Positions 38,790 through 51,380 of a stretch of DNA of 64,000 nucleotides are shown in pieces. Both the position numbers and the translations under genes were made by a program. The stretch is from Ylistrum balloti (Eukaryota). The stretch spans positions 310,001 through 374,000 of the forward strand of contig NW_026781863.1 in NCBI RefSeq assembly GCF_031769215.1. The letters run 5' to 3'. Below the pieces are notes generated by a model, which was not told the origin of the DNA, did no database searches, and worked only from the letters and a program-made list of their open reading frames with translations. The stretch's first letter is position 1. Each line of letters opens with the position of its first letter.

Positions 38790-40222
38790 TATACTCAAGG
38801 GATAACGAAATGCAGGGCGACATTGTTTGCAATATCTTATCAATATACGCGTTGTTAAAAAACAACGAATATTGGTCAAACAGCTCTCTAGGTTACAGTT
38901 TCACGTGGTCCTGTATCGAATGTTGCATTATAGTATTGGGTGATGATGTCTTTCGGGGAAAACACGCAATGCGAAAAACGTCGTGCACAGCAGTGTTGTG
39001 ACATTGAGTCACACTGCTCGTCATACCATTATGAGACAAATCATTTTCCGATGTCCTGATTAATTTCTGATAGCATTTCACAAAATGGCACGCTTAACGG
39101 GAGTTCGAGGAGTCAGGCCATTGCGATAGTTATGCAAGGTCAAAGGAAAATGCAGGTTGTCAGACATTACGGTGTCCATATCTGCACTATAGGACGTCTT
39201 CTTAGACGTCTAAGGGAAACATGGCAAACTGCTAACAGACCTATGTCTGGGTGTCCGCGCATGACGTCACAACGTCACAACAAGACAGGTTTATTCGTCG
39301 TTTTTACACCTTTCTCCCACTGAATTTGCCCTTCATACAATAGGTACTCATAACCGTCCTGTCCATGCAAAAACTGTAAGGAAACGATTGCGGGAAGTTG
39401 GTCTGCGAAGTTGATGATGATGATGATGATGATGATGATTATGATGAAAGTTTTTCGTCTTCTTTACTCTGTCCGTCGCCGGGTCAGCGGGTACGTCACC
39501 CATTTATAGGTCTGCCCCTTACCGCGCCTCGTCGCCAGCGTCGTATGGCTTGAGTAGCGGCACATGCCCTTAGAATATTCCGATTGAGGCAGCGGAGGCA
39601 GGTCTTATGTAGTGTAGGGAGGAATATCACAAGGATTTAATCACCACTGGTTGTGAAAGCTGGTGATTTAACTACCGCGAAGTATAAAGATTAGATCCTA
39701 CGACCCTATTTTGTCCCATTATTGCAGCAAAACAAACTCACATTCTAGCAGGATAATGCTCGGCCCCATGTAGCGAGGATCTGTCGCGACTTTCTCACTA
39801 ACAACAATAACCACCCACGGCCCTATTCAATCCTACTGAGCACTTGTGGGACCAGCTTGATAGACAGGTACGATGATGCCAGCCCCCCCCCCCCCCCCCT
39901 ACTCTTGCCCAACTGTGAGCAGCCCTCTTGAAAGAAGGGACAAACATTCCAATGAGTAGGATAAACTCATCTATGATTTCCATAGGGGACATACCCGGTA
40001 TTGACCAGGCAGCACCTACTATCAGTCCATTGCTATTCAGATTCTTTCCATCAATTACTCCTATATCACTTACCAAATGAAAGTCGTTGATTTTTGATTT
40101 TGCAGTTTGTTCTGTATGGAATAAACTTCATTCTTACTTAAAAATATTGAACATTATACTCGACGTATTGCCTAAAATCATCTTCAAAGTTTACCCTGCC
40201 TTCATTTATCACTTGCGTATAT
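38790..40222 (+). mobile_element. Tc1/mariner transposon fossil (unit 1)
   Basis: Broken transposase: paired-like HTH (RHYGVHICTIGRLLRRLRET...RPMSGCPRMT), QDNARPH, P.EHLWDQL; degenerate TIRs tatactcaagggataacgaaatgcaggg / ccctgccttcatttatcacttgcgtata with TA flanks; (GAT)n and poly-C expansions inside. Confidence 0.9.
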
Positions 40223-40483
40223 ATAGATGGATGACTATTTGCTGTTGACAAAGATGAAAATAGTCACATTATCACTATACGGATCATAGAACTACTAAAT
40301 AAATAAGTCTCGGTTGTCCACATGACAAGGTCACACCGGGTATGATACTTAATGATTCATTAGAAAAGAGATGTTTTACGACGTCTTTTTTAGTATTCGG
40401 AATCAATAACACCAAATGTGACTCCAAAGCACTAACGGACCAAATGGTACAGCGGATGTTACAAAATGTCTGTTTAACTAGGA

Positions 40484-43400
40484 ATGGAGATATCAGTGTT
40501 GATCCTGATCATCACGTCTTTACTGAGAGGTAAGACTGTACAAATACACGTTCAATTATCTTCAATTACGTTTAATTGATTTTCGCATTTGTAGATGTGT
40601 GAGCAGCTATTTTGAATGATAGCAAAGCTATGCGAATCGATTGCATATTCTATTTCACAAAGGCTGTGTATCCATAACCAAATTTGTTTGAGAAATATTA
40701 TCATTCGGGTTGAATTGATATTTAACAGTCTGAACAGCTGGTAACAAAACCACCAGAACTGCAATAAGTGAGCTAATATATGGAAGTATATTTAACACAG
40801 ACAGCATGTAATATTTACATTCTGTGTGTTGACAGATGGTATCGGTATTAGAATAAATCCTTTATAACTTGATAAATTGACTTAGTCACAGTTTTTGAAA
40901 TCAAATTTGAATTATAACAGTTGCTAAAGATCGGTAGCTAAGATTGTTGATGTCAATATATTCCTGGTGACAAATAACTAGTCAGGAAGTCTATAGGGAC
41001 ACCACTCTATCTTTCTGTCACACATTTATACAGACAATGCAATCCGACAAGACCTTTTTTGAAATGTTATCTTGGGTCGGAAGATATGTCTGATTTTTAT
41101 TTGAAAGTAATGTGAAACATGGGGTCTTAAATCAATTAAACATCTTTTAAAATATGATACCATAGAAAGGAATCATTACGGATGTATTCAGTATATGAAG
41201 CACCATATAAATATAACTTTAGCCTTATCTGCTTATCTTACCTCTTATATGTATGTACATCATCAATTAATCAGTCGTGCTTGAAACTTGTTTGGTCAAA
41301 ACAGTTTTTAATATCATCAAATTTCTCTACCAGTATTTTGGTAAGACTTTTTTTCATGTTATTTGTAAGGTATATTTTTGCGTGCTCTACTTAAATTATG
41401 TAAATATAGATTTATATTGTACATGTACGTTTACGCGAACATATTAATGAAATATACATATTAGTCATTTCTGAAGATCATCATTATTACAAATGGTCCT
41501 TGATTGTTTCTTGTCGTCTGTCTTTCTTACCTATGTTGTGAAACGTGAAACTCAGGTGAGTGCATTCAACCGATTTTGTTGTGTTAGGCATGCCTACAAT
41601 TGTGCTCAATAATCGATTTTTCAATATCTTTTTTTAACTTGTTGAATTGAAGTAAATGTGTCTTAACAAGCATGAACGTTTCATATTTAGTAAACTTTTA
41701 ATTTATGAATCATGCTTTGTTTCTATTTTCTCCATTCCTATAAATTTGATATGACTGACAGAGTTGGTAAAACGTTTAACTCCTTACTTCTACACCTGTA
41801 CATGTTTATAGTTGCTGCTGAATTTGTTGTATTGATAAACTGTTTTAAATCGATTGATCTGGTCATTATTAATGTATATCTTGTCCTCAGATCGCTATGT
41901 ATGAAACCCTTACGACTACAACGTGCTGAAAATAACATACATATGATATTTTATACATGGATATTGAGGTAGAGTCGAATCTATGGGATGACTGATTTTC
42001 ATCATTGGAATTGGTTCTTTCTCCATTTATTTGGGTCACCATGACGGCAAATATATCTCTTGACTGTGACACGTGTATCTTACGTATGGAGCTGGTTACA
42101 ATTTGTTTTGTTTTTAGTTTGCCATTTAATAGCATCGATTACTGCAAACTACAGTTTGGATCGAGATGAATGATTTTTTACTTAAATTTGAATATAAAAT
42201 TTAAACAATTTTGTATCGACACGAAATGTTATGTTACATGTCTGATTTAACATATTTTTTGTAGTTTTCTTTTACTTGTAATGGTGAAATGGCATAATAA
42301 CATTCCAATGTATATCAGAAATTGGAATCTGCATATTTCACTGCAATTAGGGGATACATAGGTATCTCATCAATATACAAATAAATATATATATAAATAT
42401 ACAAGTTTGTAAATGATTCCATTTCAAAATTTAAAAGAAAAATACATCAAAAGATTCAAAATGAACTGCAAATCAAGTTATTTATAATCTCAATCCAGAA
42501 AATATTAGTAGGTATGTTTGTTTACCTGGTATTTGATAGTGCATTATTTCACAGAAGTTAATAACATCTGATAAATGTTTCATTTTAATATCTCATAGCT
42601 CATCAGGGCTTATGAATAATGTTCTTTATAGACAACAAAACATAAAACTCTTTTAAATAGCTTCATATCTACTGCAAATAAAATTCGCTATGCTTATTCA
42701 GACCAGAGTGTGTATATATTTGAAAGATTGGTTTTCTGTTTAAAGTGTTTTATAAATTAACAAACGAGACAAAATCCATTTTACATCATATTCACAGTAG
42801 AATTCACAGTAGACTGCAGTAGAAGAAATAATACTTACTATACAACATACATTAGAAGCTACTGTACATAAATTTTAGGATCATTGTCAGTACGAATAGA
42901 AAGAAAAAGAAAATTTCAGAATTCATTATTAGACAATCAATGACTTTTTAACTTAGCGAAAGCAGCTCTCATGTCACGAGAAGCATATCCGGCGTTTCTT
43001 TAAGACATCTTGTGTTTAAGTGGCACCATGCGCAAAGCAGTGTAAACAAGATGCCGGAGACGACAACAATCTTGTAACACTAAAAATATACTAAAATATT
43101 TTCTACTCGAAAGTGATTGATTTGGATTTTTGAGTTCATCATGCAATAACAGATCATTTGGTTATGTTTAAATGCCCAAAAGGACTACAAAAATACCCGT
43201 CGCAGTTAGATGTTGTTGATATATTTCATTCGCAAGGGTTGACTGACACTTTTCCCGTAAAATATATCAATTTTTGTACGAACGGCAATGATTTGGTTAG
43301 CTCCACGTTACATTCCGGGTGTCGTCTATGGAGCAGAGGAGGCTTATCCTTCCAGTTCACCTGTCGTTTACATCAATACAGTGACATCAGCTCAGTATGA

Positions 43401-46130
43401 CCAATAGAGTTAGGTTAGATTATATAACTGTTTTTGTTCCAATTATTTTCAGTTGGAGGCTCTTTACACAGATCTGGTTCTCAGCCCGAATGCATTGACT
43501 TGGAGTAAGTCCGAAACATATTGTCAGAAGCAAAATGGCCGACTTCTCGTGTTGGATAGTAAGGAGAAATGGGACCAATTCACCTCTCATGAGAACTATA
43601 GGAAAAACAACATGTAAGACTGATTACAGACAAAAATTATCGACTTTAATATTCCCTTATTGAACATATTATTTAAGGGGTGAAAATGTGTGAAGGTTAA
43701 TACAATTCAATCCGTTTCGCGGAAGATCATTTTTACTTTTACAAACTAGTACAAATTCAGACCTTTTAGAAATGAAAATTAATACAAACAGTAAGACTTG
43801 ACATTGTAAAACATGAACCTTATGTAGATAAATCTATGATGTTATATTATTAAAGTCAACGAGACGATGTCTTACTAATGAATCAGGGCATGATTCATTT
43901 AAACGCTTGTAATGTTTATATTATCTACCATTAATTTCAAGCGTCATTGGTTCGTATTGGACTGGTATGAAGTTTGCTGACACTGTTAAGTGTGATAAGG
44001 CCAAGGAACATAAGATATGGCTGTTTAATGGTTGGGGTAGATGGGCCAGCGAAAGCTCGGAGCCCAACTATTGCCCACAGCAGCGCTGTGTTAAACTGCA
44101 TAACAACGAAATGTACTCAGCCTTGTGTGATCAGCTATTTCTAGCTATATGTGAGATAGGTAAGCATTGGTTGAAACATTTAACTTCTTTAAGGTTGTAT
44201 TCTTTGGTAACATGCAAAATTTCTATGTGATGGTCAGTCCTTGAGATGGATATAACACTTAATGGTGGCATGATAACATCGTAATACAATACTTTATATC
44301 TACATCAGTGTTAGTCATATTCTTATTATTACCAATCGTCATCATTCTGGGCAAAGAAAGTTTGCATTCTTGGTCGACCTTGGCAAAGTTACAAGTTTGC
44401 ATACCTGGTCGACCTTGTCAAAGTTACAAGTTTGCATTCTTGGTTGACCTTGTCCAGGTTAAAAGTTTGCATACCTGGTCGACCGTACCATAGTTTTATC
44501 GATGCGGTGCGCCAGATTGTATAGAGACCTGTGTGGTAATTATTCTGCAAACCCTCTCCTACCCCTTCAAGGACGCAGATCTTCTTTTATATCCTGATAG
44601 ACTTCAAAGAACCTTTAGCATCGCTGATGAGTCATAGAAATTTTAAAACGCAATATTGTGAATTTAACTTCATTGTTTAGCTCTACTTTTCCTAATTCGT
44701 TATGTATGTTGAAAGGTGCTGATTACTTGTGTGTTTTCTTAAAATCTTCGTTAGAGATCGACTATGCCTTAACGTATGTGTGTACAATGGCCACATTCCC
44801 CAACTTCAATATATACATTGTTTAGTTATACTGATTGTTAACAGATTTATTTTATTTCAATATTCATTCAAACTTTGACTAAATGCATTTACTGTAATAA
44901 TACGTCACTGAGCATCCGTTTAAAGCGACTGGTAACATTTAAACAGGAGACAGGAACTATACAATAGGGTCTCCTTAGTGACGTGTTTAAGGCTCTCGGT
45001 AAACATTGGCTTTAAATTGAATTAAAAGATATAGTTTGATTTAATTGGATAAGAAAATCTTATCAAGTAAATCGTTTACATTACAATCATGCTATGACCT
45101 AAATGCTAGTGTTATTTTGTTTGTGTATGTAAACAGCCTTAAGATACCAATAATTTGAATAATTAATTGTTTCTGATGGAAACGTCAAGGTTTTAAGTGA
45201 AATATTTGAAGTTATTTACTTACACTTTAAATGTATATGATTTCGTGATAATCATTTCTAGCGCTAAGTGACGCTTTTGTACTTTGTTTTTTCACAGATA
45301 TCACTAATGATGCGTGAATTCATCATTTCCCTATTTTGTCAAAACGTGGTAATCCGGTAAAATCTTATTTCGCTTGATAAAGAATACTAGACACTTTTAA
45401 AGTTCAATATATAACCCAGCATTACAATTTTATACAATGATAAAACAACGCACTCTCCTTTTCAGTGTTGGTTCGATCGACGGCGGAATTATCTACAACT
45501 CATAGTCAATCAACAACTAAAGTGTCTTCTACTGTACCAAGTACTCCAACATCCACACCGCATGGAACTGGTGACAACTCTGTGGTGTCGTCTACAACTC
45601 TCAAGTCACAAGAAACTAATACGACGGCACCTGCTTCGGCAACTTCATCCACATCTGGCGCAGAAAACATGACGTCATCTATTCCAGTAACCACGACTGA
45701 CGCAGAAACTATGACGTCATCTATTCTAGTAACTACATCCACGACTGGCACAGAAAAGACGACGAAACCTATTTCAACAACACCTGCAACAACAGTGTTG
45801 CCGGTTTCCTCTGAAGCCGTAAATGACTCGTGTAGACAATGTTGTTTCGTGGTAAACAAGACAAGGGCACTGAATGAACAGGAAAAAGAGGTGATACGAC
45901 ACGAGTTACGGGTTCAGTTAGCTGTAAATAAAACCATCCTTTCTTCTTATATTCGTAAACTCACCAGTGTGTATGACCCCCGGTCCAGCAGTGTAGCTAT
46001 TGGAGGCGTGGCTTGTGTATTCCTCGCGGCGGTTGTCGGGGTGATCATTATTCCGGACTGCGTCACTCTTTTCAGATTTCTCTACAGATATGTAGGATCA
46101 GATCAAGTTATTTCTGGTATCAATCAGTAA
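40484..46130 (+). pseudogene. Lectin gene B: single-CTLD membrane lectin with 2-bp frameshift in exon 2
   Basis: Exons 40484-40529, 43453-43613 (161 nt vs 163), 43942-44159, 45466-46130. ttggaggctc vs ttggaaaggctc in gene C gives TAA at 43506-43508 when spliced from exon 1. Could be an assembly indel or rescued by another leader exon (see findings). Confidence 0.7.
44357..44492. repeat. 35-bp tandem repeat, about 4 copies (again at ~55258-55393)
   Basis: Unit aagtttgcattcttggtcgaccttggcaaagttac. Confidence 0.88.
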
Positions 46131-46837
46131 TCAACGTGATTGATTTCCTTTTGAAATGACTTCGGGTTCTTATTAATTAATATAGATTCAGTTCTATGGA
46201 ATGCGATTGAAAATTTTCTTAACAGGAATACCACTAATAAACCTGGAAGGGTTTATCAATATTACAGCAAATAAGAATAAACTTATTTCGTAACAAAGAG
46301 ATAAAATATCATAATATCAACATAAAAAATAGAAAAGGAATAATAGATAAATTAAAGTAGATAATGTATATGTTTTCCGGATATTTAATAAGGTATACCT
46401 TATATTATACTTGTTGATATGCTAAAGTTACAAAAAAGTATGTTTTTTTTTACTTCAGATGTATTCCAGTGCAAAACTTTCTGTGCTAACTTTACTTGAT
46501 ATAAATAATCTTATAAAGACCTAAATCTCCGTAAAATCTTACTTCGTCTTAAACATCGACTTACTATGCAATAGGTCGTATAGGCAATAAACCAGCATTT
46601 TTTCGCACGAAGTTTTCAAAGTTCTAAATATAATATTGTATCGCAATTTTTCTGTTAGGATAGCAAAATATTGGAGACATGAGCACGAAAGATGGATAAA
46701 CACAAATCACTCTGTCTCTGATAACATATTTTGAGAAAGATAAAACTCACGAGCTTTATCGTAAAAAATAGTTTGATGAACCCCGATATCTCATGGTCCT
46801 TTTTATTGTATTTAAAGTATAAGATGCACATTTCACA

Positions 46838-47680
46838 CTGTGAAAACATGACACCTTCAAAAACATCATGTCTGACAATACACCTCCAACATCTGGTCCC
46901 CTCAAGGAGGTTGTCCGATTTAAGGGTCATGACAAATGTTTCAGCCACAAGCTGAAGGATGTAGGTTTTGCATCTAACATTAAATATGACGTCCATGTGA
47001 CGGAAAACATCTGATGATAACAAGACTTCTATCCATCCTCAGCCTCCTTATAAACTACTTGACCAGAAACTGTGTCAGTATGTCCAACAATACAAGGTTA
47101 TATGTGGAGAATGAAAAAAAATCTTATAGAATGCGATTCTGTGACACTGCAAAAGTAAAATTATATAAATGGTAGTATTTAAGAGTCGTGTCCAAGATAT
47201 GTGAATGTCCCCAGCCAGTGATATCTAGTTATGAAATGAAGACATCAACATCAGTGCAACGAAATACGAAACACCTGACTGTCGCACATTTAAAGCAAAC
47301 TACACCGCGGCCTGGCTGTGTATGAGTTCACTGGGCAGACTGACGGTTACACAGACACCGGGTCTGTAGTGTGCAACACCACTAATGAGGAGGAACATGG
47401 TGATGCCACTGAAAGTGTCGCTGTTTTCAGATACTGAGAAACATAGCACTGGCATATGATAAAGGCTTAAGAGACGAATGAGTATCTACGTGTATAAGAA
47501 AACATTCAACAGACCTGATCCTTCATCGTCATATTGTATTGTTATCAATGGAAGTTCACGTCACTTTAGTCTACGATTTTATTGAATATTCGATGATAAA
47601 TGACACAATAGAGTTGATAAGCGGATTATGCCAGTTTATAATAAACTCTTAACAATGCTGCGGACTTTGCAACAGCTCAA
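46838..47680 (+). pseudogene. Decayed TRIM-like relic (unit 2)
   Basis: Copy of 35950-36790. Confidence 0.7.
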
Positions 47681-48761
47681 ATACATACGAGTAAAATATA
47701 ACATTTTCATAATTACAAAAGAGCGTGTAGTTTGGTGTAGTGACTATCAAATCAGTGGTTGAGGTTAACATTACATAAGATAATATTCGAAATTCAACTA
47801 GATATACCAACAGTTCAACATATTCATAATCTGAAACTTGATAAACCTAGGGCAAAATATAAACAAAGGAAAGATTTTGAGAAAAAATTCAGGTAAAATA
47901 CGTTATTGGTCTAAATAATTAATGTAGCAACTCACTTTCCCAACTCTGTTCATAAGAGCATCTGATCAAAAGGGAAAAGGAAACTTGGATTCCGTTTCTC
48001 TCATAACAAAAATAACGAAAAGTGAATACGAAGACACAGAAAACATTAAAGATTGAATCTTGCTGATGTCGATTTCATGGGATGATGAATTGAGTCGGCC
48101 TCGAGACAAATTTAATGAACTGCGAAGTTGGGGAGTTTTCTCCCCTTACGTAATATTTGTATTCATACGCACTAGCAATGTTAATCTGGTCAAATTCATC
48201 GGTAAATGAAACAGATCACATTTAGTAGTTTCATTGAGTCTGATTTGGGAAGTGAAATATTACATATTGAATCTTCAAGGGTTTTCACATCAGTTGTTGT
48301 TTTGTTATTTTTTATATCGAAATATTATAGTCGTTGAACTCTCAATGAACAAATGAGACACCAACCAGAACACGAACGTTGGACAGTTACAATTAGATGA
48401 CGGAGGCTGATAAAATTGCTGTAAGATTTGAACGGAAGCACAATTATATAAAGCGTTGCTGATTTTTTAGCTGAAATATTTTCAGAATGAACCATTTTAA
48501 AAGGTGCCATTGACTTGTATGTCTTTTGAGCAATCTTTGATATTTCAATGGACCAAATAGGACATCAGTCTGTTTGTGGTCAAAGTTAAAAGTTATGCCA
48601 CTTAATAACGTCACTTAATTTCGTAAATAGTGTTTTCCTTTACTTATCAGTATAAGAGAACTATGTGATAAAGACAAGAAGAACATATGAATATTGTAAT
48701 CCCAAACTCCAAAGCGGGGAGTCAAGGACTCGTTTAGAATAGAAAAGAATATTAGTGTCAA

Positions 48762-48994
48762 AGTCTAGCTCTGCAATCAACAAACTATATATGGGAAAAA
48801 CAGCAACCTGTCGCAGAATTCTAAGTAGGTCGCAAGATTTGGTGAATGCATAGCAGAATCCAAAGGTGAAATCATTTTCGGTAATAGAGAAATGTTGACG
48901 TCAGTTGAGACCATGCTACACAAGACAAAAAAAGGCCCAGAAAAGAAATTGGTGACCCAATGAAGATAACTAAAAACCCTGTTACCATTAACAG
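48762..48994 (+). pseudogene. TRIM-like gene fragment (unit 2)
   Basis: Copy of 37873-38105. Confidence 0.85.
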
Positions 48995-49680
48995 CCGGTA
49001 AATCTAATTCATCCAGCATCGCAGTTCCGGCACGAGTAGTGACCGATATAATATATGAAAAATATATTTTTAAAAAAATAGGCGAACAATGAGTGAAATT
49101 GTGTCATATTGGTATCTAAGATTTGCTTGTGGTGCTAGGCTCAGATACCTATTGAATACTGAAGAAGATTGATATTGGCCGAACTAAATGTTGATAGAAA
49201 ATTCAGACTGTTAGCATCACTGACGAGTCTTGCAGGGAAGAAAAAAACATTATTCAGGTAAATCCCATGTATGACTTTACTGTATTTAAAACCAAATTTG
49301 AATTAAAGGGTATATGCACTAAAGATATATGTCTTTAGTACAATCTTCGAGGCTGCAGGTGGTAGATATCGCTGGTGGGCTTTCCCCCTCCGCTTTGCTG
49401 TTGCGTGACCTGCATGCCAGGTTTAATTCATTTAGATAGCGGCACAGGTCAGAATATACACATCAAATTGACTTTGTTCTAAACTTATCAGATATGATAA
49501 CTTCTCGTTGTTAATATTCTTATCTACACATCCACACTTATGGATGTTAAATATAACTGGAGGTTGGCGAAGCAAAAATAAAATTTGAACAGTTTCATTT
49601 AACCAATAACAACACCCTTAAATTAGAGCAAAGCATAAGGTTAACGTCGACCAGAATTAAAACTTTTTTATCTTTTAAAA

Positions 49681-50300
49681 TATACTCAAGGGATAACGAA
49701 ATGCAGGGCGACATTGTTTGCAATATCTTATCAATATACGCGTTGTTAAAAAACAACGAATATTGGTCAAACAGCTCTCTAGGTTACAGTTTCACGTGGT
49801 CCTGTATCGAATGTTGCATTATAGTATTGGGTGATGATGTCTTTCGGGGAAAACACGCAATGCGAAAAACGTCGTGCACAGCAGTGTTGTGACATTGAGT
49901 CACACTGCTCGTCATACCATTATGAGACAAATCATTTTCCGATGTCCTGATTAATTTCTGATAGCATTTCACAAAATGGCACGCTTGACGGGAGTTCGAG
50001 GAGTCAGGCCATTGCGATAGTTATGCAAGGTCAAAGGAAAATGCAGGTTGTCAGACATTACGGTGTCCATATCTGCACTATAGGACGTCTTCTTAGACGT
50101 CTAAGGGAAACATGGCAAACTGCTAACAGACCTATGTCTGGGTGTCCGCGCATGACGTCACAACGTCACAACAAGACAGGTTTATTCGTCGTTTTTACAC
50201 CTTTCTCCCACTGAATTTGCCCTTCATACAATAGGTACTCATAACCGTCCTGTCCATGCAAAAACTGTAAGGAAACGATTGCGGGAAGTTGGTCTGCGAA

Positions 50301-50348
<48 letters not shown>

Positions 50349-51119
50349 AGTTTTTCGTCTTCTTTACTCTGTCCGTCGCCGGGTCAGCGGGTACGTCACC
50401 CATTTATAGGTCTGCCCCTTACCGCGCCTCGTCGCCAGCGTCGTATGGCTTGAGTAGCGGCACATGCCCTTAGAATATTCCGATTGAGGCAGCGGAGGCA
50501 GGTCTTATGTAGTGTAGGGAGGAATATCACAAGGATTTAATCACCACTGGTTGTGAAAGCTGGTGATTTAACTACCGCGAAGTATAGAGATGAGATCCTA
50601 CGACCCTATTTTGTCCCATTATTGCAGCAAAACAAACTCACATTCTAGCAGGATAATGCTCGGCCCCATGTAGCGAGGATCTGTCGCGACTTTCTCACTA
50701 ACAACAATAACCACCCACGGCCCTATTCAATCCTACTGAGCACTTGTGGGACCAGCTTGATAGACAGGTACGATGATGCCAGCCCCCCCCCCCCCTTACT
50801 CTTGCCCAACTGTGAGCAGCCCTCTTGAAAGAAGGGACAAACATTCCAATGAAGAGGATAAACTCATCTATGATTTCCATAGGGGACATACCCGGTATTG
50901 ACCAGGCAGCATCTACTATCAGTCCATTGCTATTCAGATTCTTTCCATCAATTACTCCTATATCACTTACCAAATGAAAGTCGTTGATTTTTGATTTTGC
51001 AGTTTGTTCTGTATGGAATAAACTTCATTCTTACTTAAAAATATTGAACATTATACTCGACGTATTGCCTAAAATCATCTTCAAAGTTTACCCTGCCTTC
51101 ATTTATCACTTGCGTATAT
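49681..51119 (+). mobile_element. Tc1/mariner fossil (unit 2)
   Basis: Copy of 38790-40222 with a longer (GAT)n and shorter poly-C. Confidence 0.9.
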
Positions 51120-51380
51120 ATAGATGGATGACTATTTGCTGTTGACAAAGATGAAAATAGTCACATTATCACTATACGGATCATAGAACTACTAAATAAA
51201 TAAGTCTCGGTTGTCCACATGACAAGGTCACACCGGGTATGATACTTAATGATTCATTAGAAAAGAGATGTTTTACGACGTCTTTTTTAGTATTCGGAAT
51301 CAATAACACCAAATGTGACTCCAAAGCACTAACGGACCAAATGGTACAGCGGATGTTACAAAATGTCTGTTTAACTAGGA

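Noticed and set aside
35767-42135. Recurrent 60-120-aa ORFs repeated in each unit as conserved small proteins
   Set aside because: Recurrence reflects the recent 10.9-kb duplication; several are antisense or off-frame readings of TRIM and Tc1 relics
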